Origin: the human T2T-CHM13v2.0 reference genome, Homo sapiens | Assembly (NCBI RefSeq): GCF_009914755.1 | Contig: NC_060936.1 | Length of the DNA stretch: 64,000 bases | Reading direction: 5' to 3' (one strand) | Part shown: positions 28,786 to 43,632 of the stretch, one piece after another | How the letters are laid out: every line of letters begins with the position of its first letter | How positions within the stretch are numbered: position 1 is the stretch's first letter | Notes under the pieces: model-generated | Told to the model about the DNA's origin: nothing | Databases searched by the model: none | Seen by the model: the letters and a program-made list of their open reading frames with translations, nothing else | Made by a program: the position numbers and the translations under genes

Positions 28786-29588
28786 AAAAATTAAAAATAG
28801 AACTGTCATGTGATCAAGCAATCCCTCTACTGGGTATATATCCAAAGGATATGAAATGAGTATGTCAAAAAGATACCTGCACTGCCATGTTCATTGCAGT
28901 AGTGCTCATTACTCACACTAGCCAAGATATGGAATCAACTTAAGTATCCATCAGTGGATGAATGGATAAGAAAATGTGGCATGTATATAGAATGGAATAG
29001 TATTCAAGTTTTAAAAAGAAGGAAATCCTATCATTTGCAACAATATGAATAAAGTTGGAGGACAATGTGTTAAGTGAAATAAGCTAGGCACAGTAATACA
29101 AATACAGCATGATCTCACTTATAAGTGAAATCTAAAAACTTGAACTCATAGAAAAAGAGAATAAAATGGGTATCAGCAGCTGGGGGTGAGGGGACTGGGG
29201 AGATGTTGGTCAAAGGACAAAAAGTTTCAGTTAGGCAGGAGGAAGAAGTTTAATAGATCTACTGTATACCATGGTACCTATAGTTAATAACACTATGTTG
29301 TATACTTAAAAATTTCTAAGAGAGTAGGTTAAATGATGTCTCCCAAAAAAATAAGTCTGAGAGATAATGCATATGTCAAATAGCTTGATTAAGCCATTCT
29401 GCATTGTATTGTATACATATATCAAAGCATTATGTTATATACCATAAAGATATATAATTTTTACTTATCAATCTAAAAGCTAATAAATTAAATAAATTCA
29501 ATTTAAAAATTAATTAGTGTGAGCTATGTCTATTAGCTAGACCTGTTTTTTTTCCTTTGAGAAGTTCTTTTTAAATACATGAAAAGTT

Positions 29589-29630
29589 TGTGTGTGTGTG
29601 TGTGTATGTGTGTGTGTGTGTGTGTGTGTG
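29589..29630. repeat. (TG)n microsatellite with one interruption
   Basis: Direct reading. Confidence 0.95.
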
Positions 29631-30061
29631 TAATAGATCCTGACTAGCAATCTTCTAAGGCTGTGGTGGTTAAATTTAGCTAAGAGAAATTGCATTTAGA
29701 TATTAGGTAGCATTTTAATATGCCTGGATGGGTTTTGAAGGCATTATTCTTTCTCGTGAAATTTTGGGAAAAGAGGTAGATACAGCCTTCCTTGAACAAT
29801 TATTTATAAATTTGAAGACAAGTAGCTGGACAAGATTTTCTTTCAATGCTAATTTTTATTTTCTAATTCAATGATCATTTTCCTGTGAATACATGTTTTT
29901 GCTTAAGCCGAGGTTTATTTTCCAGTTTGTATAGGTAATCCTTCTTAGTTGATCTTAATTATAGCTGTCAAGAGCTAAACATTTCTTTTCTACATCTGGA
30001 CTAGGAAATGTTTCCAATGAACAATCATTTTAGGATCCCAAGTATCCTAAATTTCTAAAGC

Positions 30062-31012
<951 letters not shown>

Positions 31013-32199
31013 TAGTATCTGGGGCAAGCAACATAGGTTTTTGAGGCTATCTGAATATCTGTCTTATAGTCTTCTATTCTCAAACAAGCTTTCTTTCCAA
31101 ATTCCCTGTTTCTGTAAGTGTCATCCAAGTTTAGTAATAAGTTTCATTAACTTTCCTTTCAAACATATTTTATATTTGTTCTTTATATCATTGCTATTTA
31201 GCTGTAAGCATGCCATACATATATTACTGCAGCAGTCTACTTTCTGCTGTTCCTCAATGTGAGCTCTCTCTTCCCTCCGTGACAGAATCCATCCTGAAAA
31301 GCAATGATGTTAAAGAATATTATACTACTTAAAAATCAATCAATGGGATCTCTTTTCTGTAACATTAAAATAAGTCTTCATTGAACAATTTTAAGAATTT
31401 AAGAATTTTAAGTCCATCAGAAATATGGTTTTGCCCATAAATATCTAACCTTATTTTGCTTGGATAAGCATGGATCTAAACCCAGTCCATATCCCCTATC
31501 CTTTTTCTTGTCTAGGCAGATGTATCCACTTCCTCACAACACAATGGTGTTAATTCCTGCTAATTTTATCCCTAGATATCACATGATCCTTTCTCTTGAT
31601 TTTATTTGCTCTTTCTTCAAGGCAATGGATAATTTTAGTGCCTTCTTGAGACTTTCCTTTATTCTTCATTACAGTTAGAAGTACATGATAGTCTTCTCTA
31701 CCTAATTAAATTATAGCCCATTTTCCAAATTATGTTATAAAGTGCTTGAGAGTAGATATATTTGTATCTTATAATTTTGTGCCTATATATAATTGTTCCT
31801 CAAAATATTAATGCCAACTACTTTCTCTTAATAAGGAAATGATAAAGTCAAAGTCAAAAGCTATGACTGAGAAATATGTTTCTACAAAGTGGAATGACTT
31901 GATATTAGGTAGCATTTTAATATGCCTGGATGAGCTTTGAATGCCCTTCTCCATTCATGAACATAATGGAAAATTAAAGTACTAAATACCTTTGCCTCCG
32001 ATGTTTGGGTAAACGCTAATAAAGTTGTCAATTACTTGGCCAGTTGCAGCCAAATTGTTTTAAATAAATTATCCAAATAATGTTTTTTTCTCTTCACCCT
32101 TACCAAGAGAGACCCTGGGAGCAGAACACAAATTAAGCCCATATCTGAATTTACAAGGAAAATATCTGAAACTATATTTACATCCAAGTTTGCAATTTT

Positions 32200-32593
<394 letters not shown>

Positions 32594-34697
32594 CTATGTG
32601 GTTTTTGGAGTTTTGGGCCACTAGTTTGTTCCTGAAATTCTCTCCTTCCCTAGATTTTTACTGGTTTTCTCTGGATTTCTTAAGCTATCTCTGGCTACAC
32701 CTTACTAGTCTCAATCTGTCTCTGAATACACCATAAAAAGCAGTAATATTCAAGATTCTATTTTTGTTTTTCCCTATATATACTTTTTATTTTTATTTTT
32801 TTTACCTGAAAAAATTCATTCATCGCTGTGACTTTAACTTTCATTTGAAAGATTCAAAATTCAGGCCCTGACCTTTTCTTGGTCTAGATTCCTATCTCCA
32901 GCTGACTGTTGTTAATCCCTGTATAGATGTCCTGCCAGTTCATAAATTTAACAATCAGTGCAAAACCAAATTCATATTTCATTTCTATTTCCTTTCCTAT
33001 TTCTCAGTTGAGTTAATTGTTTCACAGTTCTTTTATTCACATAGTCTAGAAACTGTGGAAATATCTGCCATTCTTCTCCCATGTTTTACTACCCACCCGC
33101 TACAATTTCAGCATTTCCTTTCAAATTTGTCTTCCTGCCTGCAGTATCCTTTCTACTGTGGAAATTTACTCATCTTTTAGGTCCAATTTAATCAGAACTC
33201 TCAGCCACCCCTCATACATGGATAAAAATCAATCAGATATTCTTAGAAACTTCTATAGCATCTTTTTTTTTTCCTGAGGTATGATTATTTGTGTACATAT
33301 TGGCATCCTTCAATTGGCAGCAAGTTACTTAAGGGCAGAGGTCATTCCCATGTCTCTATATTTTAGCTCTGTGTCTTTATCATGGTGGTTGCTCAAAAAA
33401 TGTTTCCTGAATTCTCTGTGCCCTTGCCTACATGACAATATAACTTTCAAATTCAAAAAGCAATCCTATTTTCCAATCTTTTACATTACCTGAAGTAACA
33501 TTTTCGGTTAAGGGAATTTCTAAATTCTGATGAAATTATACTTTTTATATAGCTTTAAAATTCCCCACTGAGTTTACCAAACAAGGTTGATGATTTGCCT
33601 TTAAAATGCCGACAATCAATTCTTAATTCAGTCAAACTGATGAGTGGGTCCCCCAATCACAAGTGCTGTCATGCATTTTCCTTATTTTTGAGTGAAGTAT
33701 GGTTGTTTTCCCAGTTTTTCCTGAATTAGTCTTAAATAAGTCAGCATCTTCACAAGTTCCCAAGAGAAATTAAGTATATTGCTACAGTAATAAAGCATTA
33801 GATGCTTTAAAAAATCTTTCCCCTTAGAATTTAAGAGTGAAATATCTTACATGAATCCTAATATTAATTTTTTGATCTTTCATTGTGACATGACATTACA
33901 TCCTTTAAATATTTACGTATAATTTCAGGTAATTTTTGTGTTACTTTTATTTTATAGTTTTCTTTCACAACAGAAAATTATTTTATGTTTATAATATCTG
34001 CCTTCCTAGCCATTATGTCATGCGGCCCTTATCATGGAAAACATTGTCTCTTTTAGGGGTACTTTTGGGGCGTTATCAAAATATGTTTCTTGGTGGAAAG
34101 TCTCATGATGATATATCCTCTTCAAGAGATGTTTGAGATGCAACTCAGACATACTCTTGTTCTTAGCCTTGATTTATGTAAACACTTTGTCTTCATCAAA
34201 GTCACAAAATTTTATCAGAACCTTATTTTTAACCCAGTATATAAATTCATCCTATTTAGAAATCAAATAAAACATGCTTTTGTCCTGTTCACTGCCATTT
34301 GACAGCATCCCACTTTTTCTTTTCTTTTTTAAAAGTACTTTTAACAACAGGTAAAAGATGCAACTTGATACAGTTAGTTAAGAAAATTCTACTTTGTATT
34401 TTTAAAAGCTGAGACAATGTTTGGAGTACTGTAGGTATCATTTTATTTTCACTACATGAATAATAATGGATATAGTTCTTCCTGGCATTGTCTGTATTAA
34501 TGGGCATTAATCTATTGCCATATCTTTATTATGACTTTCTTTACCAATCTTGCAGTAATATTTTATGCCTGGGGTAATGATTAATAGATAATATTTTGTG
34601 TATTTCTGTTATGATTTGGCTGTGTCCCCACCCAAATGTCAACTTGAGTTGTAGCTCCTAGAATTCCCACGTGTTGTAGGAGGGATCCAAGGGGAGG

Positions 34698-34708
34698 TAA
34701 TTGAATCA
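34698..34708 (+). promoter_or_regulatory. DUX4-type motif TAATTGAATCA in the 5' LTR (second copy at 36585-36595)
   Basis: Exact TAAYYBAATCA match. THE1 LTRs are established DUX4 targets; binding at this copy is not shown. Confidence 0.6.
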
Positions 34709-36667
34709 CGGGGGCTGGTCTTTCCCTTGCTATTCTCATCACAGTGAATAAGTCTCACAAGAACTGATGGGTTTATCAGGGGTTTCCACTTTTGCTTCTT
34801 TCTCATTTTTCTCTTGTTGCCACCATGTAAGAAGTGCCTTTCGCCTCCCACCATGATTCTGAGGCCTCCCTAGCCACGTGGAACTGTAAGTCCAATTAAA
34901 CATCTTTTTCTTCCCCGTCTCAGGTATGTCAGTGTCAGACTAATACAGTAAATTGGTACCATTAGAGTGGGACGTTGCTGAAAAGATACCCAAAAATGTG
35001 GAAATGACTTTGGAACTGGGTAACAGGCAGAGGTTGGAACAGTTTGGAGGGCCCAGGAGAAGACAGGAAAATATGGGAAAGTTTGGAACTTCTTAGCGAC
35101 TTACTGAATGGCTTTGCCCAAAATGCTGATAGCGATATGGACCATAAGGTCCAGGTGGAGGTGAGGAACTTGTTGGGAACTGGAGTAAAGGTGACTCTTG
35201 TTATGTTTTAGCAAAGAGACTAACGTCATTTTGCCCCTGCCCTAGAGATCTGTGGAACTTTAAACTTGAGAAAGATTATTTAGGGTATCTGCAGAAGAAA
35301 TTTCTAAGCAGCAAAGCATTCAAGAGGTGACTTGTCATTCAGTTTTATAAGGGAAGCAGAGCATAAAAGTTTGGAATATTTGCAGCCTGACTATGTGACA
35401 GAAAAGAAAAGTCCATTTTCTGGGGAGAAATTCAAGCCAGCTGCAGAAATTTACATAAGTAGCATGGAGCCTAATGTGAATCCCCAAGACCACGTGTAAA
35501 ATATCTCCAGGCTGTGTCAGAGACCTTCACAGCAGCATCCCCATCACAGGTCCGGAAGCCCAGGAGGAAAGTGGTTTCGTGGGCTGGGCCCAGGGTCCTC
35601 GTGCTGTGTGCAGCCTAGGGACTTGGTGCCCTGTGACCCAGCCACTCCAGCCATGGCTGAAAGAGGCCAATGTCCAGCTCAGGCTGTGGCTTCAGAGGGC
35701 GGAAGCCCCAAACTTTGGCAGCTCCCACGTGGTGTGGAGCCTGTGGGTACACAGAAGTCAAGAATTGAGGTTTGGGAAACTCCGCCTAGATTTCAGAAGA
35801 TGTATGGAAATGCCTGGATTCCCAGGCAAAAGTTTGCTGCAGGGGCGAGGCCCTCATGGAGAACCTTTGCTAGGGCAGTGCAGAAGGGAAATGTGGGGTC
35901 AGAGCCTGCACACAGAGTCCCTACTGGGGCACTGCCTTGTAGAGCTGTGAGAAGAGGGCCACCGTCCTTCAGAACCCAGAATGGTAGACCCACCAAGAGC
36001 TTGCACCATGCACCTGGAAAAGCCACAAACACTGAACGCCAGCCCATGAAAGCAGCCAAGAGGGAGTCTGTCCACTGCAAAGTCACAGGGGCGGAGCTGC
36101 CCAAGACCATGGGAACCCACCTCTTGCATCAGCGTGACCTGATTTTGAGACTTGGAATCAAAGGAGATCATTCTGGAGCTTTAAAATTTGACTGCCCCAC
36201 TGGATTTCAGACTTACATGGGCTCTGCAACCCCTCTGTTTTGGCCAATTTCTCCCATTTCAAACAGCTGTATTTACCCAATACCTGTACCCCCATTGTAT
36301 CTAGGAAGTAACTAGCTTGCTTTTGATTTTACAGGCTCATAGACGGAAGGGACTTGCCTTGTCTCAGATGAGACTTTAGACTGTGGACTTTTGGGTTAAT
36401 GCTGAAATGAGTTAAGACTTTGGGAGACTGTTGGGAAGGCGTGATTGGTTTTGAAATGTGAGGACATGAGATTTAGAGGAGCCACGGGCGGAATGATATG
36501 GTTTGGCTGTGTCCCTACCCAAATCTCAACTTGAATTGTAGCTCCTAGAATTCCCACGTGTTGCGGGAGAGACTCAGGGCTAGGTAATTGAATCATGGGG
36601 GCTGGTCTTTCCTGTGCTACTCTTAGGATAGGGTGAATATGTCTCACGAGATCTGATGTGTTTATCA

Positions 36668-37024
<357 letters not shown>

Positions 37025-40000
37025 AAAAAGTGACTTTCACCTCCCACCATGATTCTGAAGCCTCCCCAGCCACGTGGAACTGTAAATCCAATTAAATCTC
37101 TTTTTCTTCCCAGTCTCGGGTATGTCTTTAGTAGCAGTGTGAAAACAGACTAATACAATTTCCCTCTGTTGAACTGGTGAATAATTTAGCATGTACAAGG
37201 TAATTCAGTAGTAAGAAAAATGGGGCTGGTGAGTTACTAAGAGACACACAGGATTAACATGCCCATTAGGTGCATCCAACCTAATTTTGCAATGCACAGG
37301 CCTCTTTGCTTTGTAAAGAGGAATGTACCATTATTTGCAGTAGCATCTCAGCTTGGTGGATGATAAAGGATGAACATTTTCCACCTCAGGTCAAATAGAT
37401 GAATTTATTCATTCTACTAGTTATTAAGCAGCAGCAATGTAGCAGTCATTGGTAATCAATAATAAATGGCATAGGCCATCTCCTAATGGCTTTGCATTCT
37501 ACTAGGTATTTTTTTTCTATTTTTTATTCTACACCCTAAAACTGTGAAACACAGAGAAACTAAAATGGTTCTTCCTAACCAAGATTAACTATGTTCTATA
37601 CCAATAAGCTACTTTTAAGTGCCTCTCAGTAAACTAACATCCTTCAGATATAGGTAGAGGAATTCAAGCCACTACAATAAATACAATTATTTCAATCATC
37701 ACTTTTTATATGGAGATTGCCAATGTGCAGGATCCAACATAGTTGCAGTGGCTGGGCACTGCAGAACTCCAGGGGACTTTATTTACGTAGATTAGGATGC
37801 TGGCACACTGTTCACATACATTACAATCTGAGTGACCAAATGCTCCAACCCAGACGTATTTTTTTCAGCCACCTCTTTTATGGCCTGTCAAGAACAAGCA
37901 TTACCAAGTTGTTCCTTCATTTTATTTTGTTTACACTTTTGAGGTGCTGCTGTGCTCAGGGTTCTTTTCTTGTTGAAGTAAAGAGATATACAAAGATAAA
38001 TAACACGTAAATGTGTACTTTAATGGACAACATTAGAGTCTAGTAATTTCCTTTACAGACTCCAGATCTCAATGGAGCCACAAACAAGATAAGTTCATAA
38101 CTGCATCTCCGTTCTCAAGGATGCTATCTTAACAAATGTGTTCAGATTGGCCAAAAAACAGCAGCAGCATTTACTTACTGAAAGCCATATGGAGAAGCTG
38201 TACTCTTTCACTAGGTCACTTGGCAAACATTACCTTTGTGCTCCCTCGACATTTCCTGATCTCAAGAGTAGGAAACCAGAAGAGAACCAAATCACTTCCT
38301 TCCCTACTTCCTAAAGAGCAACGTTGACCTCATCAGCTGGGCTTCAGGGTTCAGTAAACCCACATATTTCAGGATAAACTGGCTTGAGTACATGAGTGGT
38401 GATTGCTTTTGTTACAGAGTTGAGGTGACAATATTGATCATTAAAACAAGGAAAATGAAAAGTGTTGGCATTCTTTCATGGCCATCTGTGACTTCAGTGT
38501 GCTGGTACTTAGTGTTCACAGGCAACTGAATGTTTGAACTGGTTCTTGGTTTTGCAGTGAAAAATGAAGGAAAGCATTCTTCTGCTTTTGCCTGTTTATT
38601 TTTTTCTCATGAACAACATGGTTAGAAATTATGACATTTAATTGTTTTAAATTCCATTGTCATGCCATATTTTGTTTCATGTATTTAGCATTTTCATATG
38701 TGACACTATATCATAATTTAATTGTAAATTTAAGTTTGCTATCCCACTTCACTTTAAACCTTTCTATTTAATAAGATTCACAGATTTTTATTTTTCTGTA
38801 AGAAACTGATACATTATTTGACTTTTTTGGTTGCATTCCAACATTTTAACATTAGTATTATAAAAAGAAATCAAAGTTATTTTTATTTCCTTTAAGATTT
38901 TATAATAACTGTGCAGCATGAACATAAGGAATATGATATTCATGACTGGAATCAAAGATTATAAACATTTAGAACATGAATAATAGTTAATGTATTAAAA
39001 CAGTTTTATATATATAATATATATAAACATAATAAATATGTTTTATTGTGTTGAATCACATGAAGTTTCTATTTTTGATAGAAAAAAATCGTCAAATTTT
39101 GGCAATCAGCTTATATTAGGTAATTCTGCACATTTTTGCTACCAGTTTAATGAAAATTAAATTGCATGATAGTTAACCACCATAAATGAGTCAGCCCTTT
39201 GTGGATTGTCTAAACCTAATACCACTTCCTCTCTCTTTTGATTTAATGACTGCTTTCAGGCTGACTACTCAAGAAGTCTATCTTAAGTGGTAATGAATGA
39301 AAGAAAACAATATCCATAAATTTAGATACCTAAAGTAAAAGTTCCGTATTTTATAAAACCCAGGAGTTAGAATAAAGGAGCAGTTAAGACTATGAATTAA
39401 ATCTTGTTTTGGGAGATTATCTGGATTTATTTACATGTGCTACTATGTCTCTAATCCCATATATAATAAACAATTGAGTAGGCTCTAAAATGCATGTTTC
39501 CAACAAATGATATCAAGATGATATTATATTTTTGAGAATTTGTGCAGCTTTTTAGCTGAACAGAAAAAAGGTGGTCTACTACAAAACTTGAACTCTACTA
39601 CAAAGCAAATCCTTACTGTCAATAGATGTAAATTCTCATCAGTTCTGTCACTGGCAGCCTCTGTGACACAAGCAGGTGGCCTAACCTCTATGGAAGCAGT
39701 TTATTTGTTCACTTTACCGAGATCTTAGTGCACATATGCATTCACACTTTTTTAACAACAACTCTGTGATTCTCAGGAGCCCACCCCAGAGGTTAGGAAC
39801 CATTGGATTATAAAAGCTCTGTTAACCCTTCTTAGTCTCACATTCTAATTTCTATTAACCTAAGAGGTATTAGCAACAATTGAGGAAAAGGAAATAGACT
39901 AACTGGAAATATGGAATCATTATAATGAAGATTCCAACCACTCAAGCTGATAATTATGTATGAGTTCTTTCCATTTGACTAGAGGCCAGAAACCAGAGAG

Positions 40001-41918
40001 GGTGGAATTGATGAGCCAGCGTGTCTTGCTGGCAGTGGCTGCAGCCTGAAAGGAAAGTAATCCAGATAATTATTTAATTGGATACTATTTAAAAAGAGAA
40101 GTAGAAACCCCCCAAGAAGTATGGTCCAGATTAAACATCTTTTCCACCATATTGGTTAAATAAAAACCCAAGGATGGTGCACTGATGGCCAACATCCATG
40201 AGGTTCCATTTTCACTGCCATGAAATTTCCTTTTAACTGTTCCCTGCTGTCCTTGACAGTCTCTGTCAGCTTTACTTTTCAATGTTAAGTACTTCTGGAT
40301 GATGATTTTACAATAGTATGCTTATAATGAAAAATGAAAATGAATGAAATCCTAGCTACAAACATAATAACAGGAGGGTAATATTCAAGTGCTTCCTATG
40401 AAAGGCATTGCAGTGCAGTGCTTATGACAAAAACTGTCATGAGTCAGCCTGGACTTGAACCATCTTACATCATTTCTATCTTATATGTTACATAATTTAT
40501 AAAATATGTGTTATAAGTTTGGTTTAGTTATTGAAACTTCCTGTGATTCAGTTTCAGCACTTTTAAACTGGGTGGGATGGTATTGGGGTAGTAGTAAACA
40601 TTACATAAGTTAATTGGTGGTTAATTTGTATAAAGACTTTATGCCAGTGCTTGGCTTAAGTGCCATATGTCTGAAATAGTAATTTGCTATTATTACTATT
40701 TCCTGCATGGCAGTTTTACAGAAAAGTGACTCTTTTTATATGACCTAACTAACTGAGCCCTGGCTCTTTAAAAGTATTGGTTTTGGCTGAATTATCATAG
40801 CATGGTGAAGTCTATCAATTTTACAAGAAGTGGCTCAGAAAAACAAATGGCATGCAATACAATACATTTGCATCTGCAGTTATATCTACATAAGACGCTG
40901 AGCATAATTTTGGAGGTGATATGACCAATTAAAGTATTTTGCTCCCTCTTTTCTGTTTTCCATTCTCTTGAGATTTTATTTTTAGGTCTTTTTCTCTGAG
41001 CTGTATGCATTGATATTTAATGATTGCCATTTTTATTCCTTTTGGAGAATTAAATATTAAATATCAGGCAGAATACCTCCTTTAATTTCCCTTTGGAGTA
41101 ATAAAATGGTACCAGTAACTGTTTCCTGAGATCTGTAGCAATACCCTTTGTCAAAATGGAAGTACATTATAAAGCCAGAAAACCACGTATCAAGAGCTCT
41201 TAGAAAGAGTGTTTTATATTATATAAATATGTCAAATAATGAAAACATCCAAGAGGTGAATTGGTGCTGATTTGGCCTCAGGAATCTCTCACACAAAATG
41301 TTACAATAAATTCTAATTACCGAAGTACTTATCAAATTATAAAAAAGTTTTAATTACTAATTTTAATTACTTTATTCACAATGAGATAATTAGCATGAAT
41401 AAGAATTACTCCCTTTTTCAGCTTTATTGGGGTATAATTAACAAAATTGTATATGTTTAAAGTGCACAACATGATTTAATATACATATGCATGTATCAAC
41501 ACAATCAAATTAATGAACATATTCATCATACATAGTTAACCATTGTGTGTGTATGTATGTATGCATGTGGTGAAGACACTCAATACCTACCTTCCTAGTG
41601 AATTTCAAGTAAAACTTCAGTATTATTAATTATAGTCACCATGCTGTACATTAGATCCTCAGAACCTATTCACTTATAACTGAAAGTTTGTACACTTCAA
41701 ACAACATCTCCCAATTTTCCCCACTCATAATCCCTGATATCTGTTCTTCTACTCTTTGCTTCTATGAGTTCTACTTTTTCAGATATCACATGTAAGTGAT
41801 ACCATACAGTATGGGTATTTCTATATCTGGCTTATTTTATTTAGCATAATGTTCTTTAGGTGCATCCATGTTGTTGCAAATGGAAGGATTTCATCTCTTT
41901 TAAGGCTGAATACTATCC

Positions 41919-41923
<5 letters not shown>

Positions 41924-41960
<37 letters not shown>
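41924..41960. repeat. (TG)n microsatellite
   Basis: Direct reading. Confidence 0.95.
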
Positions 41961-41962
<2 letters not shown>

Positions 41963-42217
41963 CATTTTCTTTCTTCATTCATCCATTAATAGGTACTTAG
42001 GTTGGTTCTACATCTTGGCTGTTGTGAATAATGATGATATGAACAAGAAAGTGCAGATATCTCATCAAGATACTGACTTAATTGCCTTTAGATATATATT
42101 CAGAAGTGGATTTGCTGGATTGTATAGTAGTTTTATTTTTAATTTTTTGAAGAACCTCCTTACTGTTTGCCATACTTGCTGAATCAATTTACATTACCAT
42201 TCCCACTAACAATGTAA

Positions 42218-42535
<318 letters not shown>

Positions 42536-43334
42536 AGGGATCCCTTTTCTTAACACCATCACCAACACTTGTTATCCCTTGTCTTTTTGATAATAACCAT
42601 TCTAACAGCAATATGTCATTGTAGTTTTAATTTGCATTTCCCAGATGATTAGTGAGATAAAGCACCTTTTAATACACCTGTTGGGCATTTGTATGTTTTC
42701 TTTGGAAGAATGTTTATTCACACCCCTTGCCCATTTTCTAACCAGGTTATTTCATTTTTTGCTATTAACTTGTATGAGTTCCTTATATATTTTTAATATT
42801 AACCCCTTGTCAGATACAAGGTTTGTAAAACCATCTCCCATTTCATAGCTTGCCTTTTTATTTCTTTTGCAGTACATAAGTGTGATTGTTTCTTTTGCAG
42901 TACATAAGTTTCTTACTTTGATGTTATCCCGTTTGCTTATTTTTATTTTTTTGCCTCTGCTTTTTGTGTCATATACAAAAAATCATTGCCAATACGAATG
43001 TCAAGGAGCTTTTTCCCTGTTTTCTTATAAGAGTTTTATGATTTCAGGCCTTACATTTAAGTCTTTAATCCATTTTGAGTTAATATTTGTGTATGATGTA
43101 GGTGTCTAATTTCTTTCTTTTGTATGTGGATATTCATTTATCACAATGCCATTCTCTTTGTATTCTTAGTGCTTTTGTCAAAGATTAGTTGACTGTCTAT
43201 GTATGGGTTTATTTCTGGCTCTCTGTTCTATTGGTCTATGTATCTCATTTTTATGCCAGTAGCATACTGTTTTGATTACTGTAGCTTTGTAACATAATTT
43301 GAAATCAGAAGGTGTGACACCTCCAGTTTTGTTC

Positions 43335-43632
43335 TTTTTTATTTTTTAAGGACAAGTGTCTCTCTTTGTCACCTGGGCTGCAGTGCAATGGCTTAGTCAT
43401 AGCTCACTGCAAACTCAAACTCCTGGACTCAAGCAATCCTCCCACCTCAGCTTCTGGAGTTGCTGGGGCTATAAGCATGCACCATCAGCCCCAGCTGGTT
43501 ATTAATTTTTTATATATAAAAGCGAGGTCTCACTATGTTACCCAGGGTGGTCTGGAACTTCCAATCTCAAGATCCTCCTACCTTGGTCTCCCAAAGCACT
43601 GATATTTTAGGCATGAGCTACTGTGCCTGGCC
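43335..43632 (-). mobile_element. AluJ nested in L1
   Basis: catagctcactgcaaactcaaactcctggactcaagcaatcctccc shows AluJ diagnostics. Confidence 0.88.

Larger units (their letters stand above)
24085..29500 (+). mobile_element. Old L1MA (about MA5-7) 3' portion; outer member of a triple nest
   Basis: ORF2 text breaks at 24892 and resumes at 28800 (..aattaaaaata|gaactgtcatgtgatc); 3'UTR runs to ~29490. Confidence 0.8.

Noticed and set aside
42861-42909. 21-bp direct repeat tttcttttgcagtacataagt with a 7-bp spacer
   Set aside because: Real, but a two-copy slippage duplication inside L1; not an array or CRISPR.
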